Position numbers and translations under genes: made by a program
Assembly (NCBI GenBank): GCA_963702895.1
Contig: OY969767.1
Span: 640,001-704,000, forward strand
Origin: an uncultured Elusimicrobia bacterium
GTDB taxonomy: Bacteria > Elusimicrobiota > Elusimicrobia > 2-01-FULL-59-12
Length of the DNA: 64,000 nucleotides
Direction: 5' to 3'
Notes under the pieces: generated by a model
Seen by the model: only the letters and a program-made list of their open reading frames with translations
Told to the model about the DNA's origin: nothing
Database searches by the model: none
Shown here: in pieces, positions 1 through 9,012 of the stretch
Layout: the number at the start of each line of letters is the position of its first letter
Position numbering within the stretch: the stretch's first letter is position 1

Positions 1-1419
1 AAGGACAACGTCGATACCTACGCCTACTTTGGCGATCCGGTCTATATCTATTCGCTGAAAGATGGGATCAACGACGGTTTCCTGACGCCCTTCCGGGTGA
101 AGCAGATCCAGACGTCGCTGGACGAATACATCTACACGTCGGACGATGTCGTGGTGGAAGGCGAAATCGAGGATGGCAAAACCTACTTGGAAGAAGACTT
201 TAATCGCAGTATCGAAATTCGGGAACGGGAAAAGAAGCGCGTAGAAATCTTTATGAGCCAGATCGACCAGAACGAGAAGACCCTGGTGTTCTGTGCCAAT
301 CAGTCCCACGCCTTGCTCGTCAGAGACCTCATCAACCAAGTCAAGAAGAACCCCGACCCGAATTACTGCCAACGAGTGACCGCAGACGAAGGCGAGCTGG
401 GCGAACAATACCTGCGTGATTTCCAAGACAATGAGAAGACAATCCCGACCATCCTGACCACGTCGCAAAAGCTCTCCACGGGCGTTGACGCGCGGAATAT
501 CCGCAATATCGTCCTCATGCGCTCGATCAGGACAATGATAGAGTTCAAGCAGATCATTGGGCGGGGAACCCGGCTGTTTGACGGAAAAGATTATTTCACG
601 ATCTACGACTTCGTGAAGGCACATCTGCATTTTCAGGATCCGGAATGGGATGGCGAGCCGGTCGAGCCGGAGCCATGCCGGAAATGCGGGTCCCAGCCTT
701 GTGTCTGCGAAAGAACGCCACTAAATCCGTGTCCTGTATGTGGACAAAAGCCCTGTGTCTGCGACAGTGAGCCTTGCCCAGAGTGCGGCAAAAGGCCGTG
801 CGTTTGCCGGAAGCAGGAGAAGGTCAAGGTAAAACTGGCTGATGGAAAGGCTCGCACCATCCAGCACACAATGGCTACGACCTTTTGGCATCCGGACGGC
901 TCCCCCATTTCGGCCCAGCAATTCTTGGAATTGCTATTCGGTAAACTGCCGGAGTTCTTCAATAGTGAAGAGGAGCTTCGCGCGATCTGGAGTGCACCGG
1001 ATACGCGTGCAGGTCTCCTCCATGCTCTGGCGGAGGATGGCTACGGCAAGGCGCAACTGACCGAAATGCAGAAGATCATCGATGCCGAGAAAAGCGACAT
1101 CTACGATGTGTTGGCCTACGTCGCCTATGCGTCTGAGCCCCTCACAAGAGAACAACGGGCAGCGAAGGCCAGACCTGAAATCAGAAGGATTTTCAACAAC
1201 AAACAGCAGGCTTTCCTAGATTTTGTCCTCTCCCACTATGTCGAGGAAGGTGTTGACGAGCTCGATCAGGAGAAGCTCCGCCCCTTGCTCCTCCTGAAAT
1301 TCGGCAACGCCATCGCCGATGCGGTCGCCGAACTAGGCAGGCCAGAAGAAATCGGCAAGATCTTTGCAGGATTCCAGAAATATCTCTATCAAAAGGGTGA
1401 GCAATCCCTTGCAGCCTAG
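1..1419 (+). CDS. hsdR: Type I restriction enzyme R subunit (EcoAI/EcoEI-like), 5'-truncated by window edge
   Basis: Frame open from base 1 (KDNVDTYAYFGDPVYIYSLKDGINDGFLTP). Helicase motifs KTLVFC, LSTGVD, FKQIIGRGTRL, then an EcoEI-R-like C-terminal region. Confidence 0.9.
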   Translation, partial: KDNVDTYAYFGDPVYIYSLKDGINDGFLTPFRVKQIQTSLDEYIYTSDDVVVEGEIEDGKTYLEEDFNRSIEIREREKKRVEIFMSQIDQNEKTLVFCANQSHALLVRDLINQVKKNPDPNYCQRVTADEGELGEQYLRDFQDNEKTIPTILTTSQKLSTGVDARNIRNIVLMRSIRTMIEFKQIIGRGTRLFDGKDYFTIYDFVKAHLHFQDPEWDGEPVEPEPCRKCGSQPCVCERTPLNPCPVCGQKPCVCDSEPCPECGKRPCVCRKQEKVKVKLADGKARTIQHTMATTFWHPDGSPISAQQFLELLFGKLPEFFNSEEELRAIWSAPDTRAGLLHALAEDGYGKAQLTEMQKIIDAEKSDIYDVLAYVAYASEPLTREQRAAKARPEIRRIFNNKQQAFLDFVLSHYVEEGVDELDQEKLRPLLLLKFGNAIADAVAELGRPEEIGKIFAGFQKYLYQKGEQSLAA

Positions 1420-1479
1420 GTATCGATGGGAGATAACAGGGGTCTGTCCCGATATTCTATAGAGAGAGGGAAAACAACT

Positions 1480-1989
1480 ATGAGCGAAAATGAGAATATC
1501 CTTGAACAATACAGGCTTCTTTATGACCGAAATTGGCGTTACAATGACCTTCTTTGGAAGAACTTCCTAGCCTATGGAACTAGCTGGGCTATTCTTGTTT
1601 CCCAAGCGCAAAGCTTAGACATCCTTCGTAATAAACCATGGCCAGGTCTTGTGGTCGGTGTTATCACTTATATGCTGTCGACACTTCAGCTTAGTTTTGT
1701 TTCTGGCTTGGGACGAGCTGTTGTCCGTATTGTAAGGTTTGAACAAGAAAACAAGTATAAGCTGGTGACCCGTAATCCCACGTGGACCACTGGTTATGGT
1801 GCTTATGCAATTGCTGCCATAAGTATGACGATCTCCTCTGCTTCGTTATGTTTCGTCAGTAGCTATTTTATTAACGGATATTTCTTATGCCTGCCATTAA
1901 CAGTAATAATTCTTTGTATATCTAGCGTTTTTTTCTACAAAATATTTACAGTCCAATCTGATGTTGATCCAAAGGAGCCAAAAGTTTAA
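1480..1989 (+). CDS. Hypothetical membrane protein (about 4 TM), low GC
   Basis: ATG at 1480 after GAGAGGG. Hydrophobic segments, AT-rich relative to flanks. Confidence 0.65.
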   Translation: MSENENILEQYRLLYDRNWRYNDLLWKNFLAYGTSWAILVSQAQSLDILRNKPWPGLVVGVITYMLSTLQLSFVSGLGRAVVRIVRFEQENKYKLVTRNPTWTTGYGAYAIAAISMTISSASLCFVSSYFINGYFLCLPLTVIILCISSVFFYKIFTVQSDVDPKEPKV

Positions 1990-2289
1990 AAGCGGTGCCT
2001 TCTCTGAAAAAAGTCAAGTGAACTCCTGTAGAGCCGATAAAGAAAAATGGGAATGAGTCTTCTCTCCATCCGTCAGACGTCTGGCGGATACGATGAAATC
2101 CATCCACAATGCGAATAGTGCCAGTCGCGGCGGCGGGGACGGACCGGCAGGAGCGTAAGGCGGCTCGCCGGAACATCGCCCCATCCATCTTTTCTCCTCC
2201 GTCTTTGTTTTATAAGCTTACCACCGCCAGCCGACGGGCCGGGGTTTGCGGCCTGTCGCTGAGAATTGACCTCAAGGGAGGAGAACGTC

Positions 2290-3516
2290 ATGCCCACCGC
2301 GCCTGTCGCGACAACCACGATCGCCATCGACCAGATTCACCCCAACCCGAACCAGCCCCGGCAGTTTTTTGATCCGGAGGCCATCGAAGATCTCAAAAGA
2401 AGCATGACCGAGCGTGGACTCATCAATCCCATCTCGGTTGTGAAATCCGGGGAATGGGACTACACCATCATCGCGGGCGAGCGCCGTTACCGGGCCGCCC
2501 GGGAGCTGAAGTGGGACGAGATCGATTGCCGGATCTGGCCCAAAGAGACCAGCCCCGAAGAGGTCGAGCTCATGGCCATGGTGGAAAATGTCCAGCGGAC
2601 GGATTTGAAGCCGCTCGAGGTTGCCAAAGGCTATCAGCTCCTGTCCCGGCCGCCGTTCAACATGACTCAGACAGCGATTGCCCAACAGGTCGGGAAAACG
2701 CAGCAGGCCATCCAGCAATATCTCGCCATCGCCAATTTGGACCCCAAGGTCCAGGAAAATACAAATCGATTTGTATTTCTTGGACTGGCGCATCTTCTGC
2801 AGATCAGCCGGCTCAAAGACCCCGGCCAGCAACTGGAGATGATCGAGCAGGCCGGCAAGAACGAGTGGTCTGTGAAGGAAATGACACGAAAAGTCGATTC
2901 GATATTAGATGTGAAAGAGAGCGGCAAGGTTCGGCTGGGGATCAACGTCGCGCCGAAGGATCCGCTGGCGGGGGTATGGGAAGCTGTCCAAGGTAAGCCG
3001 GACTTCGCGCCGGAGGTGCTCTGGGAAGTGGACTATAAGGCTCATCCACTGACACCCAAGGCAAAGCGTGACGGGCAGGATGCTCTCCGCGGTTGGAATT
3101 TCTTTGTGATGGTTCCTGCTGCCGAAAGCTTCCAAGCAACATTGGCCACGTGGTTTGCACAAATGGCCAAGGCGCTCCAGGGCCAGAAAACGGAGTCGCT
3201 CGTGCCGGAAGGGGTCAAGCTCGAGCAGGAGTTGAACAGCAAGATGCGTGACATCATGGGAATGGCGGCCCAGCATCCTCAAGGAGAGACTTCAAGTCCT
3301 GCAGGGGGTCCGAGGCTGCCGCGGACCGCGCAGGAGGAGCGGGAGCTCGAAGCGATCGCGGTCCGCGGAACCCCCAAAGACGTGTATGCCTGGATCTACG
3401 GCCCGGAGAGTTTCATGACCAAGGCCGTGCCGTTTGCCACCTGGGAACAATCCGGACAATCCCCGCAGGAAGGTCTCAAAGCCATCTTGGACGGCATCAA
3501 GCGGGTTCGGGGGTAG
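2290..3516 (+). CDS. ParB/RepB/Spo0J family protein with long C-terminal extension
   Basis: NPNQPRQFF, IIAGERRYRA and ENVQRTDL motifs, then an HTH (TQTAIAQQVGKTQQAIQQYL). RBS GGAG before ATG 2290. Confidence 0.85.
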   Translation: MPTAPVATTTIAIDQIHPNPNQPRQFFDPEAIEDLKRSMTERGLINPISVVKSGEWDYTIIAGERRYRAARELKWDEIDCRIWPKETSPEEVELMAMVENVQRTDLKPLEVAKGYQLLSRPPFNMTQTAIAQQVGKTQQAIQQYLAIANLDPKVQENTNRFVFLGLAHLLQISRLKDPGQQLEMIEQAGKNEWSVKEMTRKVDSILDVKESGKVRLGINVAPKDPLAGVWEAVQGKPDFAPEVLWEVDYKAHPLTPKAKRDGQDALRGWNFFVMVPAAESFQATLATWFAQMAKALQGQKTESLVPEGVKLEQELNSKMRDIMGMAAQHPQGETSSPAGGPRLPRTAQEERELEAIAVRGTPKDVYAWIYGPESFMTKAVPFATWEQSGQSPQEGLKAILDGIKRVRG

Positions 3517-3829
3517 AGCGAGGCGGCCTTCCGGAGAGGCGGCCCCGTCCACCTGTGGAGTTCTAAATTGTCGGGGCCGTCCCGACCGATGAGAACATCA
3601 TTAGGAGGACGGGACGGCCATCCGGAACAGCGCCCCGCACAGCCGGTCGCTGACCGGCAGTAGGGGCAGTCCCTGCACCCCATAGGGGTGGCCGGGACGG
3701 CTCACCAGAGCGGCGGCGATAGGTAGTCTTATAAGAGACTTCCACTCGCTGACCCTCCGGAATGCCGATGCTCTGGAGTGCCGCCGTTCCGGAGTGCGGA
3801 CACCCTGGTGTCAGTCTCTGGGACTTTCC

Positions 3830-4345
3830 CTACAGGATCGAGGGATGGATGGGGCCGTCGGGGTCGGTTCTCCGCTTGTGCTTCTCAAAGTCCTGCACCA
3901 GCAGCCGGATGTCGGTCTCATGCATGTCCACCTTGCCTTCCAGTTTCTCCACGCGCCGGGCGATGGCCTGGTGAGCTAGCACCGCATGCCGCAGTTTCAC
4001 AAAGGCCCTCATAATCGCGATGTTGACCTGGATGGCGCGTTCGCTGTTCAGGACGCTCGACAGCATGGCGATGCCCTCTTGTGTGAACGCGAAAGGAGCG
4101 AACCTTCTTCCACCCCTGCCCCTGTTTGATATTCCAATTTGGAATGTCAAACGATGCCATTCCAGTACCGTCAGTTGGAACATGAAATCGACCGGGAAAC
4201 GTCCTGGGTTTCGTTTTACCGATTTGTTCAAGTTGAACGTTTCTACACCATAGAGTGCTGCTAAGTCTGAATCCAACATCACTTGTTGTCCTCGAATACG
4301 GTAGATACGGCTTTGAAGATCGTCCGGCAGAGTTGAGTCGTTCAT
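3830..4345 (-). CDS. ORF6N-domain DNA-binding protein
   Basis: IRGQQVMLDSDLAALYGVET...RFPVDFMFQLT...AFTQEGIAMLSSVLNSERAIQVNIAIMRAFV. Confidence 0.9.
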   Translation of the reverse strand: MNDSTLPDDLQSRIYRIRGQQVMLDSDLAALYGVETFNLNKSVKRNPGRFPVDFMFQLTVLEWHRLTFQIGISNRGRGGRRFAPFAFTQEGIAMLSSVLNSERAIQVNIAIMRAFVKLRHAVLAHQAIARRVEKLEGKVDMHETDIRLLVQDFEKHKRRTDPDGPIHPSIL

Positions 4346-4362
4346 AGAGGCCTCCTATCCCT

Positions 4363-4445
4363 TACCCCGATTCCTTCAATCACAGCTATAGGCCGGGGTA
4401 ATCCCGGCTATATCGCGCATAGCGCTTGATAGGAGGATCGGGATA
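4363..4445. repeat. Small palindromic insertion flanked by TA dinucleotides
   Basis: TA-CCCCGATTCCT...AGGATCGGGA-TA with a self-complementary interior. It splits the CATCTA|AGGGATAGGAGG motif seen intact elsewhere. Confidence 0.55.
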
Positions 4446-4470
4446 GATGGGAAACTGTTGGAAATATTCA
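4443..4470 (-). promoter_or_regulatory. TGAATA-N14-CCATCTAT motif (variant ECF-like promoter) upstream of ORF6N
   Basis: Same spacing as six other copies in the window. Confidence 0.55.
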
Positions 4471-4579
4471 TTCCTCAGACGGAGACGGCGGAATCGACGG
4501 ACGGCGAATCGGCGGGTCGGCGACGAGGGCGAGGCGGTGACCCGCCACTACGGCATGGCGGGCAGGCGCGGCGAGGAAT

Positions 4580-4717
4580 TTAGTTTGAGTTAAAGTTGAA
4601 CAGTTCGCGGACGATGGCGACGCTGATTTTGGCGGCCTTTGAGGTGTGGAGTATGCTTTGCTCGCTGACAAACTGGCTCCGCTGCTTCCGTCGATTGAGT
4701 AAGGCGTGCGGGCTCAT
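4580..4717 (-). pseudogene. 45-codon in-frame deletion derivative of the short ORF6N-like gene at 8456-8755
   Basis: MSPHALLNRRKQRSQFV...AAKISVAIVRELFNFNSN shares both ends with 8456-8755; the middle is missing. Confidence 0.7.
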
Positions 4718-4722
4718 CGAGA

Positions 4723-5067
4723 TCAGGCTGCCTTACGATGGGGTTTGAACGATTTCCTCGAAGAGACAATCTTTGCGCCTTCTGGGATGATGGCCAGGCG
4801 CGCCTTCAATAGTTTCGCGAGCTTTTCGTAAAGACCGACAAGGTGGCTGGAGTCTTCTTTCTCCAGCTTGGAGAGAAAGGACTGAGTCACATGCATGCGT
4901 GCGGCGAGCTCCACTTGGGAAATGCCCCGCATTCGCCGGAGGAGTGCGACTTGGACGGCCAGCGGCCTGTCGGCCAATTCCGCAAAGAAAGCGTCAGCAA
5001 ACTCGCGGTCTTCCTCAACGTGCTTCCATGTGTCCCTCTCAAAGGGCGATGATGTCTTTTTGATCAT
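4723..5067 (-). CDS. XRE-family HTH antitoxin (HigA-like)
   Basis: LRRMRGISQVELAARMHVTQSFLSKLE HTH. Overlaps the stop of the upstream toxin. Confidence 0.8.
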   Translation of the reverse strand: MIKKTSSPFERDTWKHVEEDREFADAFFAELADRPLAVQVALLRRMRGISQVELAARMHVTQSFLSKLEKEDSSHLVGLYEKLAKLLKARLAIIPEGAKIVSSRKSFKPHRKAA

Positions 5068-5456
5068 GGTTTTTGAACCTTCCCCGACAAGATATCCGCC
5101 ATGCGCCTAAACGCCAAGTCCAGATCCCTCCGAGGGGTCTTCATCGTCTTCTTCTCGATGGCGTGCAGAAGCCACAACTCCCGCCCCTTTAAACAGAAGA
5201 AAATGCGATAGGCAACACCCTGATACTCCCGTTTGAGTTCCCATAAGGGTTCATGGCCTTTCATCGGACGCACGCTGACATTGAGCCTGGCCGGCCAATA
5301 TTCCTGCAGCGTCAGGATATCCAAATCAAGCTTGGCGACCGCTTTCCTGCGTTGGCCATCATTTTTCAGCTCATCGATGAAGTCTTTGACAAACCCGTCT
5401 GTCCAGTTGGGAAAATACCCAACGTCCATTCTGTCCGCCTCTCCAGTATATTCCAT
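5064..5456 (-). CDS. RelE/HigB (Gp49-like) toxin; start may be ATG at 5429
   Basis: LWELKREYQGVAYRIFF...LLHAIEKKTMKTPRRDLDLA. Toxin-first order with an HTH partner. Confidence 0.8.
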   Translation of the reverse strand: MEYTGEADRMDVGYFPNWTDGFVKDFIDELKNDGQRRKAVAKLDLDILTLQEYWPARLNVSVRPMKGHEPLWELKREYQGVAYRIFFCLKGRELWLLHAIEKKTMKTPRRDLDLAFRRMADILSGKVQKP

Positions 5457-5511
5457 CTAAGGAATATCATCAACAGTCGATTCTTGGGGCCATCGCACTG
5501 CCCTCTATCCC

Positions 5512-5539
5512 TTAGATGCAGATAGTCAGAGAATATTCA
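5512..5539 (-). promoter_or_regulatory. TGAATA-N14-GCATCTAA putative ECF-type promoter
   Basis: Exact motif upstream of the HigBA-like pair. Confidence 0.65.
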
Positions 5540-5664
5540 CTTCTCAGACGGAGACGGTGAGCGGCAGACACGGGGACCCGCCACTACGGCGCGGCGGGCA
5601 GGCGCGGGGACGGGGCGAAACGGCAGACGCGGGACTCGAGACGCGGGACGCAGGACCCGGGACA

Positions 5665-5880
5665 GGCCTTCATTTGCCGAAGTCTCCCGCGGAAGAAAAG
5701 GAATTGGAAGCGATCGCGGTCCGCGGGACCCCCAAGGATGTGTACGCTTGGATCTACGGCGCGGACAGTTTCATGACCCAAGCCGTGCCGTTTGCCACAT
5801 GGGAACAACCCGGACAGACGCCCCAGGAAGGGCTCAAAACCATCCTGGCCGGCATCCGCCGGGGTGACGGCCTGAGTTAA
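5665..5880 (+). pseudogene. Duplicated fragment of the ParB C-terminal extension
   Basis: LPKSPAEEKELEAIAVRGTPKDVYAWIYGADSFMTQAVPFATWEQ closely matches the end of 2290-3516. No credible start; preceded by GACGCGG-type heptamers. Confidence 0.7.
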
Positions 5881-6014
5881 CTCGGAATCTTTTTCTGAAA
5901 GCGGGCGCAAGTAATTTCTGCCAGAAACAAAGCTCCCTCTTTGCCTTCTTTCTTTGAAGGCCTTTTAAAGTGTGGTAAGCGTCCTCGGTGTTCGCCCCGA
6001 CGTTTGTCGTTAAG

Positions 6015-6123
6015 CTGAACTCACACTTTTCTTCGTCCACATCGTCTGGACACTGTAATAGTTCGAGGTCGAGTCCCTTACGCTCAGTTTAAACGCAACC
6101 GCCCGTTAAGATTTCGACAAGGC
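6015..6123 (-). ncRNA. Putative bridge/seek RNA of IS1111 copy 1 (target and donor loops)
   Basis: Guides GAAATCT (6109-6115 rc), AACTGAG (6083-6089 rc), TATTAC (6055-6060 rc) and AGAAAAG (6026-6032 rc) sit in internal loops and match target and donor. RNA ends not determined. Confidence 0.75.
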
Positions 6124-7149
6124 GACTCGACCAAATCGATACACTTTCTCTTGGTACTTCCGCTTGTTCTTTAAGCACACCCACATAATCTCTGCCATCT
6201 TTCGCGCCACCGCCACAATCGCGACTGAGGCGGTCTTCCGTGTCTTCAAACGCTGATAGAACGATCGAAAATAGGGAGACACCTGAACAGCCGTCCACGA
6301 TGCCTCAATAAACGCATAGCGCAGGTATCGATTGCAGGACGGGATCAATCCCCCGTGGTACGTTTTACCGCCTGAGCTATACGTGCTACACACCAACCCA
6401 CAGTAAGACGCAAAGCGCGAAGCCGACGGAAATCGCTCGATCTGGTCAATTTCCAGCGACATCAGGGCGCTCAAGATCTTGCCTACCCCAGGAAAAGAAT
6501 CGACAAGCTCTCGTAAGGGGTGTTCGCTTAAGACACGATCAATCCACTCTTCGGTTGCTCGGACCTGAAGCCGAACCTCATCCAACAAGGCCATATGCGA
6601 CTTGAGCAGGTGTTGATGCATCTCGGGAAGAATCAACTCCTTCAGCCACGCCCTCCCATGAGCCCCAAACAGATCGCTGCGCTTGGGCACGTCCACATGC
6701 AGCCGGTCCAGTAAATCATGAATCCGATTCTTGATCAGCGTTTGGCTTTTGACCAACCACAATCGATGTCGCAATAACGACTTCTGCTCTCGTCGGTCAC
6801 GCGCGGGAACGTGAATCATCGGCGTCATCCCTAATCGCAACAACACCGCCTGTGCCGTCGCATCAATCTTGTCCGTCTTGATGTACGAATCCGCGATCAA
6901 CCGAGTTTTGTACGGATTGGCCAACACCGGATTCATCCCGAGATCTTCCAGAATGTCATAGGCAATGCCCCAGCTCCGTCCAGATTCCAATACACTTTGC
7001 ACCGGTTCTCCTGGAGGAATCGCCTCTTTAACTTGTGCAAGACCTTCTCGCCGTGTGGGGACTTGACCTTCCCATACAATCTCGCCAGACTCCCTCATAG
7101 CCACAACCTGACAATACTTCTTGTGATGATCAATGCCGATGGATATCAT
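6106..7149 (-). CDS. IS110-family DEDD recombinase/transposase
   Basis: SIGIDHHK, LESG, KTDKIDA, PGVG, YCGL...YSSGG. Confidence 0.95.
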   Translation of the reverse strand: MISIGIDHHKKYCQVVAMRESGEIVWEGQVPTRREGLAQVKEAIPPGEPVQSVLESGRSWGIAYDILEDLGMNPVLANPYKTRLIADSYIKTDKIDATAQAVLLRLGMTPMIHVPARDRREQKSLLRHRLWLVKSQTLIKNRIHDLLDRLHVDVPKRSDLFGAHGRAWLKELILPEMHQHLLKSHMALLDEVRLQVRATEEWIDRVLSEHPLRELVDSFPGVGKILSALMSLEIDQIERFPSASRFASYCGLVCSTYSSGGKTYHGGLIPSCNRYLRYAFIEASWTAVQVSPYFRSFYQRLKTRKTASVAIVAVARKMAEIMWVCLKNKRKYQEKVYRFGRVALSKS

Positions 7150-7568
7150 GATTTTGGGCCTCCTGGGGTTATTAAGGTGTCTTTACCGACAGCCTTGTTT
7201 ATAACTCTCTTGAGGCCCGCTTTCATATTACGCTCGGTTCTATGGAACACCCTCGCCCGCGGAACGCCGGAGAGGTCGCCAAGACTGTCGGCGACTCGCC
7301 GGATGTCTGGCGAGGCGGGGGTGAGGGCAAGGCTCCGTCGAAAGATGAGGCTGTGCCCTCACCCTTTACCCTCCCACTTACGACCGTGGAACCAGCGCCC
7401 CGACAGGTCGCCAGGGGCGACCGTAGGGGCTGTCCCTCCACCCGCAGGGTGGACGGGACGCGCTATAGGAAATTGCGGAAGCGCGGGTCTCCCACCTTGC
7501 GGCGGGAGAGGGGACAAAAAAGTGCGGCAGGTTCAGACGGCAGGACCTGGTCAATGGAAGATTTCGGG

Positions 7569-7901
7569 CTAGCGGGTAAGGCGTTGGAAGAGAATTTCCT
7601 CGAGGTCCCGTCGGCCATCGAAGATCCCATGGACATAGACCTTCTTTCCCTGGACGCGCAGGAGGATGCGGTAGGGATCGATCACGATCTCACGATAGAC
7701 ATCAAGGCCGATGGCTTTGAGTTCAGGGACCAGCCGGCTGCGATAGGGAACGGAGGTAAGCGTCCCTACGCGCTTCTCGATTTTGCGCCACAGCCTCCCG
7801 GCATTGAGTGGATTGCGCTCCGAGACAAAGGCGACGATATGCTCAAGGTCCTGCCTGGCGGCTTCTGACCAGAGAACGTCGTAGGCCGCGGGCTCATTCA
7901 T
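7569..7901 (-). CDS. RelE/ParE family toxin
   Basis: VLWSEAARQDLEHIV...YREIVIDPYRILLRV...IFDGRRDL. Overlaps the antitoxin stop. Confidence 0.8.
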   Translation of the reverse strand: MNEPAAYDVLWSEAARQDLEHIVAFVSERNPLNAGRLWRKIEKRVGTLTSVPYRSRLVPELKAIGLDVYREIVIDPYRILLRVQGKKVYVHGIFDGRRDLEEILFQRLTR

Positions 7902-8172
7902 GCGACGATAATTTCTTTTCGATGAGCTGTGAAAGTTCTTTGTGGCGGATGACGCGTCCCGAGCGGACATCGGCCTCGCTTTGCGCCGTGAGTTTGAGCA
8001 GGAGGAGGGCTTTGCGGGTGAGTTCGTAGCTCTCCACGTCCTGAACGACCGCCTTCGCCTGTCCGTTCTGTGTGATGATCATGGGCCGGCGGGTGCGATT
8101 GACGGTGGAAAGAATATCCGCCGGCCGAAGCTTTAAGTCGGTCACCGACTTGATGTCACGCTGGAGATCCAT
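7894..8172 (-). CDS. Phd/YefM family antitoxin
   Basis: DIKSVTDLK...RPMIITQNGQAKAVVQDVESYE. Confidence 0.85.
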   Translation of the reverse strand: MDLQRDIKSVTDLKLRPADILSTVNRTRRPMIITQNGQAKAVVQDVESYELTRKALLLLKLTAQSEADVRSGRVIRHKELSQLIEKKLSSHE

Positions 8173-8353
8173 AAGAGCGCTCCTGGGTTGAGAAGGATGA
8201 GTTGGTGCTAAATAGGGTGCCATAAATAGCACCATTATGCAAGCCCCATTTCCACGGAGGATCCCCACCGGCGGGCTGCCGCCGACCGGATGCGCTCTTT
8301 GATTTCGCCCAGCAATTGACCGTACGGAATTGCCATCTATATCCTCCTATCCA

Positions 8354-8381
8354 TTAGATGCGAAAAGGCGGGAAATATTCA
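8354..8381 (-). promoter_or_regulatory. TGAATA-N14-GCATCTAA putative ECF-type promoter
   Basis: Exact motif followed by GGATAGGAGG, upstream of the Phd/RelE pair. Confidence 0.65.
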
Positions 8382-8455
8382 TTCCTCAGACGGAGACGGC
8401 GGAATAGGCGGACGGCGAATCGGCGGGTCGGCGTGTCAGCGACGGGCCGAGGAAT

Positions 8456-8755
8456 TTAGTTTGAGTTAAAGTTGAACAGTTCGCGGACGATGGCGACGCT
8501 GATTTTGGCGGCATTTGAGTTGCGGAGTACGCAGGATACCATCAGGATTCCACTTTCGGTGAAGTAGTACGGGTGGTGCTCTTCCAGCATGAATTCAGGG
8601 GAGGGGAACCGCGCGATATGGCGCTTGACCGTACCTCTCAGTCGCCCCAGCGAAACTCCGTAGAGTTCTGCCACATCTTTGTCGAGCGCAACCCGTTGCC
8701 CGCGGACAAAGTGGCTCCGATGCTTCCGTCGATCGAGTAAGGCGTGCGGGCTCAT
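8456..8755 (-). CDS. Short ORF6N-domain protein
   Basis: VRGQRVALDKDVAELYGV...VKRHIARFP...FTESGILMVSCVLRN. Confidence 0.75.
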   Translation of the reverse strand: MSPHALLDRRKHRSHFVRGQRVALDKDVAELYGVSLGRLRGTVKRHIARFPSPEFMLEEHHPYYFTESGILMVSCVLRNSNAAKISVAIVRELFNFNSN

Positions 8756-8757
8756 GG

Positions 8758-9012
8758 TCAGGCGGCGTGGTGGTGAAGAATTTCGGAGATGAAGGTCTGA
8801 TAGGGAATACCGAAACTCTTCGCTTTTGCTTTGAGGTTGTTGAGATCGCCTTTATTAATCCGGATATTGAGCACGGCGTCTTTTTTCCGCTTTGAAATAT
8901 GCTCGGCAATGGCCCTGGCCATTTCTTCGAACGTCCCCCGGCTGACAGGAATGAATTCTGAAGCGGCCCTCTCAATCTCTCTTTCTTCCTTGGTAAGCTT
9001 CATCCGTTTCAT
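8758..9012 (-). CDS. BrnA/CopG-like (RHH) antitoxin
   Basis: KDAVLNIRINKGDLNNLKAKAKSFGIPYQTFISEILH. ATGA overlap with the toxin. Confidence 0.8.
   Translation of the reverse strand: MKRMKLTKEEREIERAASEFIPVSRGTFEEMARAIAEHISKRKKDAVLNIRINKGDLNNLKAKAKSFGIPYQTFISEILHHHAA

Larger units (their letters stand above)
5889..7234 (-). mobile_element. IS110-family (IS1111 subgroup) element, copy 1
   Basis: Subterminal IRs TGAAAGCGGGC (5896-5906) and GCCCGCTTTCA (7215-7225), CT core at both ends, long 3' non-coding end, homologous to copy 2. Confidence 0.9.
5878..7571. mobile_element. MITE-like repeat (TA-ACTCGGAATCT...AGATTTCGGGC-TA) interrupted by IS1111 copy 1
   Basis: Terminal inverted repeats. The interior 7235-7558 is homologous to the uninterrupted copy at 49732-49927. 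Confidence 0.7.

Noticed and set aside
5446..5466. Eighth promoter-motif copy (CCATCTAAGG on + strand)
   Set aside because: No TGAATA at the 14-nt spacing.
6997..7868. ORFs 6997-7572, 7242-7868 and similar ORFs over palindromes (9361-9939, 42592-43377, 57033-57855, 63298-63692)
   Set aside because: They run through repeats or antisense to real genes and have no recognisable motifs.
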